In this document: piece by piece, positions 1 through 13,218 of the stretch
Layout of the letters: each line of letters starts with the position of its first letter
Position numbering within the stretch: position 1 is the stretch's first letter
Assembly (NCBI RefSeq): GCF_001194135.2
Contig: NC_069000.1
Coordinates: 15,032,737 to 15,096,736 of the forward strand
DNA length: 64,000 bases
From: Octopus bimaculoides
Lineage: Eukaryota
Direction of reading: 5' to 3'
Notes under the pieces: model-generated
What the model was told of the DNA's origin: nothing
What the model saw: the letters and a program-made list of their open reading frames with translations, nothing else
Databases searched by the model: none
Translations under genes and position numbers: made by a program

Positions 1-1793
1 TATAGATGGATAAACTTCTGCATAGTTTTACTGACAAGGTATTAGTCAACCTGATGCTTTTGTCAAAGACAGTTTCCTCATGGTGCTGTTGCTGTGCTGT
101 TGCATCGATTCCGGAACCATGTCTTTGTAAAGCAAGCTTCTTACAGAGCTGCATCTTAAAAAAAAATATAATCCATGTTTTCATCAGTTTAAAGTAGTAA
201 AGTAGTAACAGAGCTAAATCATCAACATCATCATACAATGATTACCACCACCATCATCACCATCCTCATCAATGATCATCATGTACTACCAACACATTTT
301 TAGTCACCAGCTAAATCTAGTCTTCTGTGGTGTCAATAACCGAGAGGATTATAGAAAGACAATTGTTATTCCATATTTACGTTTATATCTTCACTGAATT
401 CTTAATGCATTTTTGCTGGGATTTTTTTCATGTTTTATTTATTTATTCATTTATTTTTTTTGTTTTTTTGGTATTTAAGAAAAGCTCCCCCACCTTTTCC
501 ACACTTTTCTATTTTCAATTTTTTTCATTTTCTTTATTTCATTTCTCACTGCGTGGTAGCAGTGAATTGATGGATTATAGATCTTAATTTGGCAACAATT
601 CTCTGTGAATCCATTAAATGTAATATGAAACATTAACACGTTTTGGGTGTTGGGGGGGGGGGTGCTGTCTGCAAAAACCAGTTTAATAACCCTTTGATCA
701 CCACATGTCATGCAAAAGTCGTTATCCATGTGTTTTAAGTCTTTACAGGTGCAGGTGTGGCTGTGTGGTAACAAGTTGCTTCCCAACCACATAGTCCTGG
801 GTTCAGTCCCACTGCGTAGCACCTTAGACAAGTGTCTTCTACCATAGCCTAGGGCCAACCAAAGCCTTGTGAATAGATTTGGTAGATGGAAACTGAAAGA
901 AGCCCATTGTATATGTGTGTGTGTTTGACAACTGATGTTGGTGTGGTTATGTCCCTGTAAATTAGTGGTTCAATGAACGACNNNNNNNNNNCGATTCATT
1001 TGACAAATATTCTTCAAGGCAGTGCTCCAGCATGGCCACAGTCTAATGACTGAAACAAGTGTAAAACAATAGAAATATCAAGGTTATTGAGAGCCTTGCT
1101 GAAATAATAAATATTTTCATATATTAATTATCATTCTGTGTTTGCAATTGAAACAACATTGAATTAAAATCACCATCTTTCTATCATACTAAATATATAC
1201 CTACTGTTAGAAGGTATGATATAAAGTTATCTGAGATAGAAGTCTTTTAAGATAGAATCTCTTAAAAGACTTCTTGTGTTAATAACACAGTGTATATTGG
1301 AGCAAGATGAATGTCATTGTTCCAGTGACTCACAACTGACATATTTTCACCTTTCTTGAAGTCTGTCAGTGTTATGCATTTAATTGTCACCTACATAAAT
1401 GAAATTCATGCCTCAATATTTAGGTAACTATGAACAAAACAATCACTGGTGTTGTGAAAGCTTACCAGGCTGTAGAAAATCTCAGTGTACACAATTGAAA
1501 CAGCATTAGTTTAAAATCACCACAGCCTGGCAAGCTTCTGAAATGCATCTCTTATTCTCATGAATCACTGAAGCAAAGATGTTTGTCATACTTTGATATA
1601 TATTGTGCTTTTAACACAAAAAGTCTCTGAAGAGATTTTATCTCAGATAGTTTCACAGCATCATGCTTCCTAATGTTGTTTGTACATTTTGCATGATAAG
1701 TGTCCATGAAAAAAATTTTGCTTTTGATGTATTTATTACAAGAAAGAGCAAGATTTCTTTCTCTCACATTTTTCATAGTTCAGCCTACACAAG

Positions 1794-1988
1794 TTAACCC
1801 TTTAGCATTTAAACTGGCCACATTTGGCCAAAAAGTCTACCTTACAACTGTCCTGCAATGTCAGTCTAAAAATAAACAATCATATCCTCAAAATTTTGAA
1901 GCTACAAGATAACATGTGGTTAATTCAAAACAACATGAATAAATAAACATTACATTTTGGTTAAGTAATCTGAATGCTAAAGGATTAA
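1794..1988. mobile_element. piggyBac-like MITE (TTAA-CCCT...AGGA-TTAA)
   Basis: TTAACCCTTTAGCATT / AATGCTAAAGGATTAA inverted termini including TTAA; related copies or fragments near 13957, 27213, 37117, 37470, 62855. Confidence 0.75.
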
Positions 1989-4900
1989 AGTGTGAAAAGC
2001 AAAATAGGAATTTTGAAAGCAGTATCTATAAAATTAGTTTTGAAATTTTGATTGGTGATGGGAGTCCACTGGAGTAAAATAGTAATCAGAGGGGCCCATA
2101 GGTTAAAAACCAGTTGAGAGCCAATGTTTTAGATGAACACTAAACAGTCAGTGTTGAACGAATCATAGTTATGTACAGACATGTTCTTGTACATTTAGTA
2201 GTATTTTTTTTTTTTTGAGATTGTAACTGTCTCTGGTTTAGTTGTTGTTAAGACCTGGAACCTATTTTTTCACTTTCATCTTAGTGTAAAAGAATATATT
2301 CTATGATAATATTTCATCATTCACCTGTAATCAAATCTCCTTTAAATGACATGATCAGTAAAAAAAAAAAAAAAAAAAAAAAANNNNNNNNNNNNNNNNN
2401 NNNNNNNNNNNNNNNNNNNNNNNNNNNNNNNNNNNNNNNNNNNNNNNNNNNNNNNNNNNNNNNNNNNNNNNNNNNNNNNNNNNNNNNNNNNNNNNNNNNN
2501 NNNNNNNNNNNNNNNNNNNNNNNNNNNNNNNNNNNNNNNNNNNNNNNNNNNNNNNNNNNNNNNNNNNNNNNNNNNNNNNNNNNNNNNNNNNNNNNNNNNN
2601 NNNNNNNNNNNNNNNNNNNNNNNNNNNNNNNNNNNNNNNNNNNNNNNNNNNNNNNNNNNNNNNNNNNNNNNNNNNNNNNNNNNNNNNNNNNNNNNNNNNN
2701 NNNNNNNNNNTGACACTCCGTCGCTTACGATGGCGAGGGTTCCAGTTGATCTCATCAGTGGAACATGATATTAACATGCAAGTGGTTAAGCACTCCACTG
2801 ACATGGGTACCCTTAATGTAGTCCTCAGGCAGATTCAGCATGACACAGAATGTGACGAGCCCTTTTGAAATACAGGTACAACTCATATTTGCCAGCTGAG
2901 TGGACTGAAGCAATATTAGATAAAGTGTCTTGCTCAAGGACACAATGTACTGCTGGGAATTGAACTCACGACTTTACGATCATGAACCAAATTTCCTAAC
3001 CACTAAAATCTAATGAATTCCACCTATAATGATCTTGGTTGTTTGTTTTCATCTGTGTGTGTGTGTGTGTGTGTGTGTATATCATCATCATCATCAGTTT
3101 CTGTCTACTAAATCCACTCACAAGGCTTTGGTTGACCCGAGTCTATAGTAAAAGACACTTGTCCATAGTGCCACACAGTGAGACTGAACCCGGAACCATG
3201 TGGTTAGTAAGCAAACTACTTACCATACAGCCACTCCTGCAAAGTATTTCAAGAATTTTTTTTTATACAGCTCTTAATATTTAATTACAAAAATATAATG
3301 AGACTTTTCTAAATATCAAAAGGCTAGTGGAGTTCACTACAGTAAAGTAAAAAAAAAAAAAGGGGGGGTCTATAGATGAAAAATAGTTGACAACCTCTGC
3401 CCTACATGGTCAGTTGATTTACCAGAAATGCAAGCCAAAATCTTCCTGATATCATGCCTTACTATTCTTAGAAAAGGATGTGTTGGATAATGTATGCAAT
3501 CCTGGGTACTCTGCGCATATGAAAAAGATGGGACTAGTCACAGCTGAAATGCTTTTCACCATAGTTCTACTGGATTGGAGCTGACCTAGGTTTAAAAACC
3601 ACCAACAGCTACAAATATAACTGCTGCTGCTATCTACCAGTTTCTACAATTAAAATGTATTCCTTTTGCTCTTGTAGGAAGAAATCTGACACATTTTTAC
3701 CATTGGGATATTTAGGAGCCAGCTTCATCTTCTGTCTTCCATGAAAGCCCTTTTGTTATACTCTCTCTTTTTCTTCTTTCTTCTCTGCTTCCTCCCTTAC
3801 CCCACTCTCAGACTCAGACCCTCCTCTCTCTCTGTTTCTCTCTCTGGCCACTGTGTCCACCATTACTTGCATCCTCCTCTTCCTCCTCCATCTCCCAAGA
3901 AATATAAAACTAATTGCTATATATAGCAATCAGTTATTCAGTCACTGGGTAAAGAAACAAGACTCTTGAACAAAGAACGCAGCCCATCCACCCCACACAA
4001 CAATTCTGCAAAAAAAAAAAGCTCAAACCCAGACCAAAACAAAGTAAAACAAAAAAAAAAACCTCACCCACACAGTTTAAATTATCTTGTAAACAACTTG
4101 TTAATGAGCTTGCATAATTCTTGTGTTGTTATGTAATTATATAATAGTTACAAACAGAGAGAGAGAGAGAAGTAGTAGATGGGGTGAGGAGGAGGAAAAA
4201 TGAAACTTTTTTTTAAAAATAATTATGACATAATTATGGGTGCTGACGTGGCTGTGTGGTTGAGAAGCTTTTTTGTGGCTACATGGTTTTGAGTTCAGTC
4301 CCACTGTGTGGCACCTTGGGAAAGCGTCTTCTACTTAAAGCCCCAGGTTGGCCAATGTCTCGTGAGTGAATTTGGTAGATGGAAACTGTATGGAAACCCA
4401 TTGTTAGATTTTTGGGGCCCACCAATTTTAAACAGTCTTAAGTGTAACAGGCTGAAACTGTAATGACAACTGGAAGCTTGACTGAGGAAAGAAAGCCACA
4501 AATGTTCTGTCCTGGCTTTTCCTGTCTGTCTTTGTATCGTCTGTCTGTCCGTATGATTTTATTGTCATCTGTTACATTCTTATTCCGTTTTTTTTATTTA
4601 TATATGTGTGTTTGTGCGTGTGTGTGTGTGTGTACAGAGTGAGTCAGAAGCCATGCACAAATTAGTTCAATATGCTCTGGAATTGTCAAAGACATCCTTC
4701 AGTTTCTCTAAAATTGAATAATATAGATAAAATAATGATGAATACACGTGCTAATACATGATGAACAAAATAAATAATGATAATGTTATATAAATAAAAT
4801 GTCAAATGTTTTGGTGTGTGGCTTTTGGCCCACTCTGTACATACACACACTCTTTTACTTGTTTCAGTCATTTGACTGCGGCCATGCTGGAGCACCACTT

Positions 4901-5317
4901 TAAAGGGTGTTAGTGGAAGAAATCGATCCCAGGACTTATTCCTTGTAAGCCTAGTACTTATTCTATTGGTTGATTTTGCTGAATTGCCAAGTTATGGGGA
5001 CATAAACACACCAGCATCAGTTGTCACGTGATAGCAGTTGAGCAAACACACACATACACAGTGGCAAACCCTGCTGTACTCTTCCACCACAACTTTCTCG
5101 CACTCTTTCTTCCTGTTTCTGTTGTGCCTGTAAATTCAAAGAGCCAGCCTTGTCACACTGTGTCACGCTGAATCTCCCCGAGAACTACGTTAAGGGTACA
5201 CGTGTCTGTGGAGTTCTCAGCCACTTGCATGTTAATTTCACGAGCAGGCTGTTCCGTTGATCGGATCAACTGGAACCCTCGATGTTGTAAGCGACGGTGT
5301 GCCAACAACAACATATG

Positions 5318-5605
5318 AAGGTGCATGGCTTAGTGGTTAGGGTATTCAGCTCACAATCATGAGGTCGTGAATTTAATTCTCAGCAAATCATAGTGTCCTT
5401 GATCAAGACCCTTTATTTCACATTGAGATGAGTAGTACCTGTATTTCATATATCATGCTGAATCTCCCTGAGAACTATGTTAAGGGTACATGTGTCAGTG
5501 GAGTGCTCAACCACTTGCACGTTAATTTCATGAGCAGGCTGTTCCGTTGATCGGATCAACTGGAACCCTCGACGTCGTTAGCGATGGAGTGCCAACAAAC
5601 AACAT
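5318..5605 (+). mobile_element. SINE family C (different tRNA head, same 3' tail as family B)
   Basis: Head GGTGCATGGCTTAGTGGTTAGG, GTGTCCTTGA.CAAGAC block, shared tail; reverse copies at 2711-3005 and 37170-37470; same head type with a different tail at 24951-25290. Confidence 0.85.
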
Positions 5606-6399
5606 GTTACAAGCAATGAAACCTGGAGAATGTATCGCTGCACAATGCGTCCCAGACTACAGATCTATCACCCTCGAAGCTTTTATCTATATATTAATTC
5701 AATAATTATTCAAATTGAAATAGCGTACCTAGGACTCCATCATTCACAGCATCCTTTATATTTTTTTTTATAATGCTGGTAAAGATATAATCTGAAATAA
5801 ATTCACATGCTATATCCAACAGGATACTCTACCACAGAGAAACACTTTTCATTGGCTTGTTGTGGAAATGTATTTTAATTAAGTTAATACAAAAGCAAAA
5901 AATAAAATAATAAAATTTTTTTTTTTTTTTTTAATGCAAAAAGATTATCTTATTGAAATTGTGTTTACTGCTTGACTAAACTATATAGAAGCAGAAGAAG
6001 GCAGTCTTCCTTGTAAAGCTTTATTTTTTTAATATTTTTTTTTTGTTCTTTATTTTTTGGGTTTTGTTTTCTTGTACAAGTTGCAAGAAATTCTTCCTCT
6101 TTAGCTTCCGTTTTGATANNNNNNNNNNNNNNNNNNNNNNNNNNNNNNNNNNNNNNNNNNNNNNNNNNNNNNNNNNNNNNNNNNNNNNNNNNNNNNNNNN
6201 NNNNNNNNNNNNNNNNNNNNNNNNNNNNNNNNNNNNNNNNNNNNNNNNNNNNNNNNNNNNNNNNNNNNTCTTATTGAGAAGCTTTGTTGAAATAAGAAAA
6301 AAACTAAAGAAAAAAAAAAAAGCAAAATAAAACAAGTGTGCCAATTTTGCAAAGACAAATGTAATTTGTAAAATAAATAGTTATACATATTTATATCTA

Positions 6400-6797
6400 T
6401 ATATGCTTGTGTGTGAATATATATATATGTGTGTGTGTGTGTGTTTAAATGTATATATATATATATATATATATATACGTGTGTGTGTGTGTGTGTGTTT
6501 AAATGTATATATGTGTGTGTGTGTGTTGTGTTGTTCTTCATCTTACATAGTTTGGGATAAGAAATCTGTATACTATTTAACAAGAAATTTGTTTCTACTT
6601 ATAGTATATTGTACACTATATACTGCAGTATAAAATAGTCTTATATATTATATATATGTAGGTGTGTGTGTGTGTCTATATATATGGAGGTATGTATGTA
6701 TATATATATATATATGTGTGTGTATGTTTATATATTTGTGTGTGTAGGTATATATGTGTGTATGTATTTATATATATGTGTATATATATAAATTCTC

Positions 6798-6868
<71 letters not shown>

Positions 6869-6930
6869 TATATACATACATACACACACATATATATATA
6901 TACATGCATACACACATACATACATACCTC

Positions 6931-6973
<43 letters not shown>

Positions 6974-7090
6974 GTGTGTGTATATTTATGTGTATATATA
7001 TATATGTATATGTACATCCTGTACACACAATTTCTACTCTGTCTGTCTGTCTGTCTGCCTGTCTGTCTGTCTACATATGTGTGTGCATGT
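6400..7090. repeat. Complex (TA)n/(TG)n/(CA)n microsatellite field
   Basis: Directly visible; accounts for several spurious YI/VC ORFs. Confidence 0.95.
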
Positions 7091-7402
7091 GTCTGAAATT
7101 GTTTATTTGTTTATGTTCTTTTTTTTTTCTTCTTAGCATTTACTTTCGTCTTCCTTTTACATGGTTTGGATAAGGAAATCTGAATGTTTTTTTAACAAGA
7201 AAATAGTTTCTTTTTACAGCATATTGTTAGTAACCATTGTGGAATATTATTATTATCATTATTATTATTATTATTATTATTATTAGTAGTAGTAGTAATA
7301 GTAGTGGTGGTGGTGCTGTTGTTTCATCAAGCACTATTGTTAGGGTGCATATTCATTGATTTTTATAGTTCACTTTCTCTTGTTCTCTTATATATATATA
7401 TG

Positions 7403-7489
<87 letters not shown>

Positions 7490-8711
7490 GTGCACCATCA
7501 TCTTCCTGAAAGTGAATTTATAGTTGTGAGAAAGTAATAAAATTCTATTTTGTAGTCTTGCACTCTCTTGTTGCTGCATGGAAATGGAAGACTAATAAAT
7601 TCTGAAAGTATTCAGGTATATGTTGCACGTGTTTTAGCAATTGGTCTTAAAAGTTATTCATTCCTTACTTTCCTCTTAATAATAATAATAATAATAATAA
7701 TAACAATGATAATAATCATAACAATAACAATGATAATAAATAATAGATTTCCATTGGTGAGACATTCGAAATGGTGATTTATTTGAACAAGGCACAAGTT
7801 AAACATAAGTTAGAGAAGTATAAATACTTTGGTTGAATTTAAACACTGAGATTATAATAAATCGTCACCAAGATGAAGCCAATGGGTCAAATTATGCTAT
7901 CACGATGCCTCTCCATTGAGGAAAATATTGCCTCCGACCAGTTGCTTTCCCCCCACTCCGCCCCCATGAAGATAACCCCTGGACAACGTACTGAGCTGGA
8001 GCAAGGTCTACTCTCAGCTACCTTTTGAAATTCCCTCTCTGCTCATAGCCACCCTGCAGGGTGTTACAGTGGTTAAATAGAAACATTGTTAAATAGAAAC
8101 ATTAATAGCACCGGTCTCACCAGTCTTGGAGAAACTACAAAGGCTATAGAAACAACAACTTCTTTCAGATGCCAAATCAGACTGGAACCTGGTGCAGCTC
8201 TCCAGCTGACCAGTTCCAGTCAAACCATCTAACCCATGCCAACATAGAAAGTAGACATCAAATGCTGATGATGATTGTGTGTATGTTGCCACCACCTATA
8301 GTTTAGTGATTTGGCAAAAGAGACTAATCAAATAAATACTAGGCTTAAAAAACCCCCCCAAAAAACTAAGTCTTGGGATTTGTTCAGTTAAACCCTTCAC
8401 GGCAGTGCTGTAGCATGGTTGCAGTCCGATGACTGAAACAAGTAAACAATAAAATATAAAAATGTAAATTTAAAGAACAAAACGAACAAGAAAAATATCC
8501 CATTACCACTGCTTTTGATGTAATCTTGTTGAACAAGTAATGAGTATATCATAGTTACAGGTTATTCGTCAATGAATACAATTTGTGTTGAAACAAATGT
8601 TTCAAGTGACCTGTGATTCAATACTAGTTTTGAAGTAGGATATACTTATGATCCAGCTAAATTCTAATGGGTTTTGCAGACAGACAGACAATGATGATGA
8701 TGATGATGATG

Positions 8712-8767
<56 letters not shown>

Positions 8768-8842
8768 GGACTCTGCTGTCAAAGATGATGTATGAGTGTT
8801 CAGTTTTTTTGTGGAACAAACCTACATAAATAATTTGTTTAT

Positions 8843-9740
8843 AGGGTTGGCAAAGAGTGTAGTGAAGAATTTCAGGTAGAAGTAGGGGTTCACTAAGGAT
8901 CAGTCCTCAGCCCCCTCTTATTCATAGTTGATAGCTTCCATTACCTAGGTGACCAAGTCAGTAGTGGGGGTGGATGTTCTGAGAGCGTAGCTGCTAGAAT
9001 AAGAATAGCCTGGGCAAAGTTCAGAGAGCCCCTGTCTCTGCTGGTAAAAATGCTCTCACTCAGAGTGAAAGGTAGACTGTATGATGCATGTGTGTGTGAA
9101 CAGTCATGCTACATGGCAGTGAAACATGGGCTGTGACTGCTGTGGACATGCATAGACTTGAAAGAAATGCTCTGCTGGATGTGTAATGTCAGTGTGCATA
9201 CATGACAGAGTGTAAGCGCCCTGAGAGAAAAGTTGGACATAAGAAGCATCAGATGTAGTATACAAGAGAGATGACTGCACTGGTATGGTCNNNNNNNNNN
9301 ATGACAGAGTGTAAGCGCCCTGAGAGAAAAGTTGGACATAAGAAGCATCAGATGTAGTATACAAGAGAGATGACTGCACTGGTATGGTCATGTGTTGTGT
9401 ATGGATGAGGACAGCTGTGTGAAGAAGTGTTACACCCTAACTGTGGAGGGAACCTGTGGGAGAGGTAGACCCAGGAAGGCCTGAGTTGAGGTGGTGAAGC
9501 ACAACCTTTGAACATTAGGCCTTACAGAGGCAATGATAAGCGACCAAGACCTTTGGAGATATGCTGTGCTTGAGAAGACTCGGCAAGCCAAGTGTGATCA
9601 TAGCTGTGGCTGATGCTAGTGTCACATATCCAGACTGTTTAAAAGTACTCTTCAATTGTCGGGCAATATACTGTGCTTGAGAAAACCTGTTGAGTCAAGT
9701 GAAATCATTGTTGTGGCTAATGCCAGTGCCGCCTGGACTG
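8843..9740 (+). mobile_element. Second RTE-clade LINE remnant, internally deleted 3' part
   Basis: Colinear with 59100-59170 and 59612-59870; lacks the YADD and PHD segment; encodes ETW...RLERN...RLHWYGHV...GRGRPRK-like C-terminal motifs. Confidence 0.85.
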
Positions 9741-11835
9741 TGGCCATGCTGGAATACCACCTTTAAGGGCTTTAGTGAAGCAAATCAATCAGCCCCAGTA
9801 TTTATTTATTTAAATCTGCTACTTGTGCTATTGGTCTCATTTGTCAAACTGCTAAGTTACAAGGACATACACAAACCATCCCTGGATGTCAAGTAGTAGT
9901 AGTAGTGGTGATGGAGCAAAACACACACATACATGCACATACACACACACACATACATGCATACATATATATGACAGGCTTCCACAGTTTCTGCGTACCA
10001 AATTCATTCACAGGGCCTTGGTGAGCCTCGGGCTATACAAGAAGATTCCAAGCTACTGTGCAGTGAAATGAAACCTGAAGCCACATGTTTGCAAAGTGAG
10101 TTTCTTAACCACACAGCCATTTTGGAAGAGTCTTTATTGATATGATTCTTCCTAAATATAACAAATATTGATTTCAAAATACACAGTTTCGGATTAAAAT
10201 TCTTGCAAAACAAATTCAGAATCAACATATTTGTTGAAAAACAAATTGGCCAAAAGGCAAATGGATTGAAAATTTTATTAATCAATATCAAATTTATTTA
10301 AAGTCATATTTTTCAGTACATGGCACCTTGGGCAGTCTTCTATTGTAGCCTTGGGCTGAACAAAACCTTGTTAGAGGATTCAGCAGATGGAAACTGAAAG
10401 AAGTCCATCATGTGTGTGTCTGTATGTGTTTGTCCTGGTCTTGACATTGCATGACAGCTGTAAATGAGTGTCACTATTATACAAGCAGTGTCATTCATTT
10501 TCAATCTTCTATGAAAACATGCCTGGTTAAAGAGAAATATTATCTTACTTAGAAACAAGTGAAGGTTGGTGACAAGAAGGGCATCCGGCCATAGAAAATG
10601 TGTCTCAACAAATTCTGTCTGACCCATACAAGTATAGAAAAGTGGAAGTTAAAATGATGATGATGATGATAATATGGAAAGCTGTACTAATTTTTTAAAC
10701 AACTTATTTTAATTTGAAAAGAATAACAAATCATGAAATGAAATGTAGTTTACGATTTATTTTCAAGCTATCTTTGTATGTAAATATATTATCATAATCA
10801 TCATCCTCATCATTTAACATCTGTTTTCCATGCTGGCATGGGTTGGACGATTTGACAAGAACTGGCAGGGCCAGGAGCCACATCAGGTTCCATAGTCTGT
10901 TTTGGCCTGGTTTCTATGGCTGAATTCCCTTCTTAATACCAACAGCTTTACAAAGTGTACTGGGTGCTTTTTATGTGGCACCATCACCAATGTTTTTTAC
11001 ATGGCACTATCACCAGTGCTTTTTACGTGGCACTGTCACCAGTGCTTTTTATGTGGCACCATCATCAGTAAATAAATGTAATTCTAAGCATTTTACTGGT
11101 ATGATGTGATTTGACGGAAAACTACAAATTGGCTGCTATTTCTAGCAAGTCACATAATCACATAGAGGTTCCATCATTGTTTTGAGATGGTGATGTTGGT
11201 GATAGTAGTGTTAGATGGAATGTTGAATAATGTAACTAGCGAATTTGCTATTTACATTAATTTTACTAAAGACTTCTGCACTTAAACATTTAAGAACATA
11301 TTTTTAACCTCTCCTCTAATGTTATTATCTTGTTTGTTTGGGGTTTTTTTCTAAAAATTAAAATGACAGAATTGTCTTCTGATTTCTCTGTCTTGAACAT
11401 CAGAGATTCAGAATTGGCAAAGTAAATAAATAAATAAATAAATAAATATATTGTTTAAAAAAAGAAACCTCAGTGCTTTATAAATATCATCGTCATCATC
11501 ATCATCATTGTCATATCAATGTATTTATATATTAATTACATCGCTAAAGAATACAAATATTTTCTAATAGCTGTATTAGTTTTCAAAATAATGGAAGCAA
11601 TGACAGCATTAGCATTGTTTGGTTTTCGTTTCTGAAAACTTCAGATTCTGTTATTTCAGTTTATTTAGGATGAAAATGTAGTTACAAATTCAGACACAGT
11701 ATATATATATATATATATGCACTTCAAATGCAAGTGAATTATATTTATATGGGGATAGGGGGGAGTAGTTTTTGCATTCATTCATTCATTCATGCATCCA
11801 TTCATTTTTGCCCTCCACTATTCCTGGGAAGGATG

Positions 11836-12059
11836 TACTGAGGTGGGGTGCTGAAAAGGTCCTGGCTTTGGGTAAAAGAAAATACAGGAAGATCAGTTAA
11901 TTATGATTTTATTCAATATATTCCCCTCTCAGATTCACACACTTATTGCAGCAGTCCTTCAGTTTTTCTAAGCCCTGCAAATGAACTCAGAATGTTGGGT
12001 CTCCAACCAGTCCTTTTGCAATTCCTTTAAAGCCAGGAAATTTTCAGCTCCCCCTTGTA
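11836..12059 (-). mobile_element. Mariner-derived MITE (internal deletion derivative)
   Basis: TIRs GGGGTGCTGAAAAGGTCCTGGCTTT / AAAGCCAGGAAATTTTCAGCTCCCCC with TA at both ends; minus strand keeps a mariner C-terminus LQGLEKLKDCCNKCVNLRGEYIE*. Confidence 0.8.
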
Positions 12060-13218
12060 GATGTAGAACCCTTAGGCACTTGCTTGCTTTTTTTATAAAA
12101 ATATCATCATCATCATCATCCTCACTTAGTATCTGTGTTCCCTGCTAGCCATGGATTAGATGCTTTGACAGGATCTAACAGGTCAGCGAACTACGTTGAG
12201 CTCCAGTATCTGTTTCAGCATAGCTTCAACAGCTGGATGCCTTTTCTAATGCCAACCATTTTACAGAGTGTACTGGGTACATTTTCATGACACCAGCACA
12301 AGTAAGGTCACCAAGTAGCTTGCAAGACAAGACCCCTTCTTGATTGAGAGTGGAGCTATAGTATTGAGGGATGGTGGTTTTTATGCCCAGTCTTGGGATG
12401 CAAGAATATGGTAGAAGAAGAGGAACAGGTATTTTGCTATAGAGGAAGGTACCCTGGTGACATTTGAACTCTGAATATTTAGGTCCAGATCTAAATATAA
12501 CACTACATTTACAGTCTTGCATTTTATAACTCAGTTCTCTTTCTCTTTTTAATGACTTATAAATTAAAAGGAGAGCACTAAAGTTGTCCAATTATTTTTC
12601 TTCATATTGCAAACCGATACATAAAGCTCAGAGATGGTTGAACAAATTATAGCTATAACTTACATGTAAGCTCTCATTGATAGCAGCAATTAAAGTGAAT
12701 ATGAATATATCACCTGTGGTCAGGAACAGCAGCAGCAGTACTAGTAGTAAGAACAGTAGTGGCACCATAGGTAATATGGTAATTTAGAAAACCAAAGTAC
12801 TTGTGTATAATTTATCATATAATTTAATCAAGTTTAGAGAGCTACTGATATTTCTTCTTCAATTCTTCTCCACCTCACTTCTACACTATTGATCTTTTCA
12901 ACTTGTTCCTCATCTAAGTAGTTTCACTACCAAAAATTTATTGCAATCGGCGCCAATTAGAAATTATGGTGGCTTATATATTCCCTAAGTTCTAACCAGA
13001 TTGCAGATCAAAAAGACTTTCAGAGCGATGTAGTTTATAACAGCGGTTTCCTTATATGGCATCTGGAGGAAGAAATTTGTGACATATAAACTTACATTAA
13101 TAGTAAAAGCATTTTATTTCATGTATTTCATTAACACTTTGCAGAAGTGTTCGATAACTCCTACACACAACTACACCTTATGTACCCCACCTCCCTGCCC
13201 TGTTTTTTTCTTTTTGCT

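Noticed and set aside
6403-7579. ORFs rich in YI/VC/HT dipeptides (also 15600-16111, 22775-23203, 56907-57490)
   Set aside because: Translations of microsatellites and low-complexity tracts.
9201-9390. Exact 90-bp direct repeat on either side of a 10-N gap (similar case at 34081-34145)
   Set aside because: Typical unmerged contig overlap in a draft assembly, not a biological duplication.
10970-11065. Short 27-bp and 10-bp tandem repeats (also 16490-16540) superficially like a spacer array
   Set aside because: They are internal slippage repeats of family E retroposons with no unique spacers; not CRISPR.
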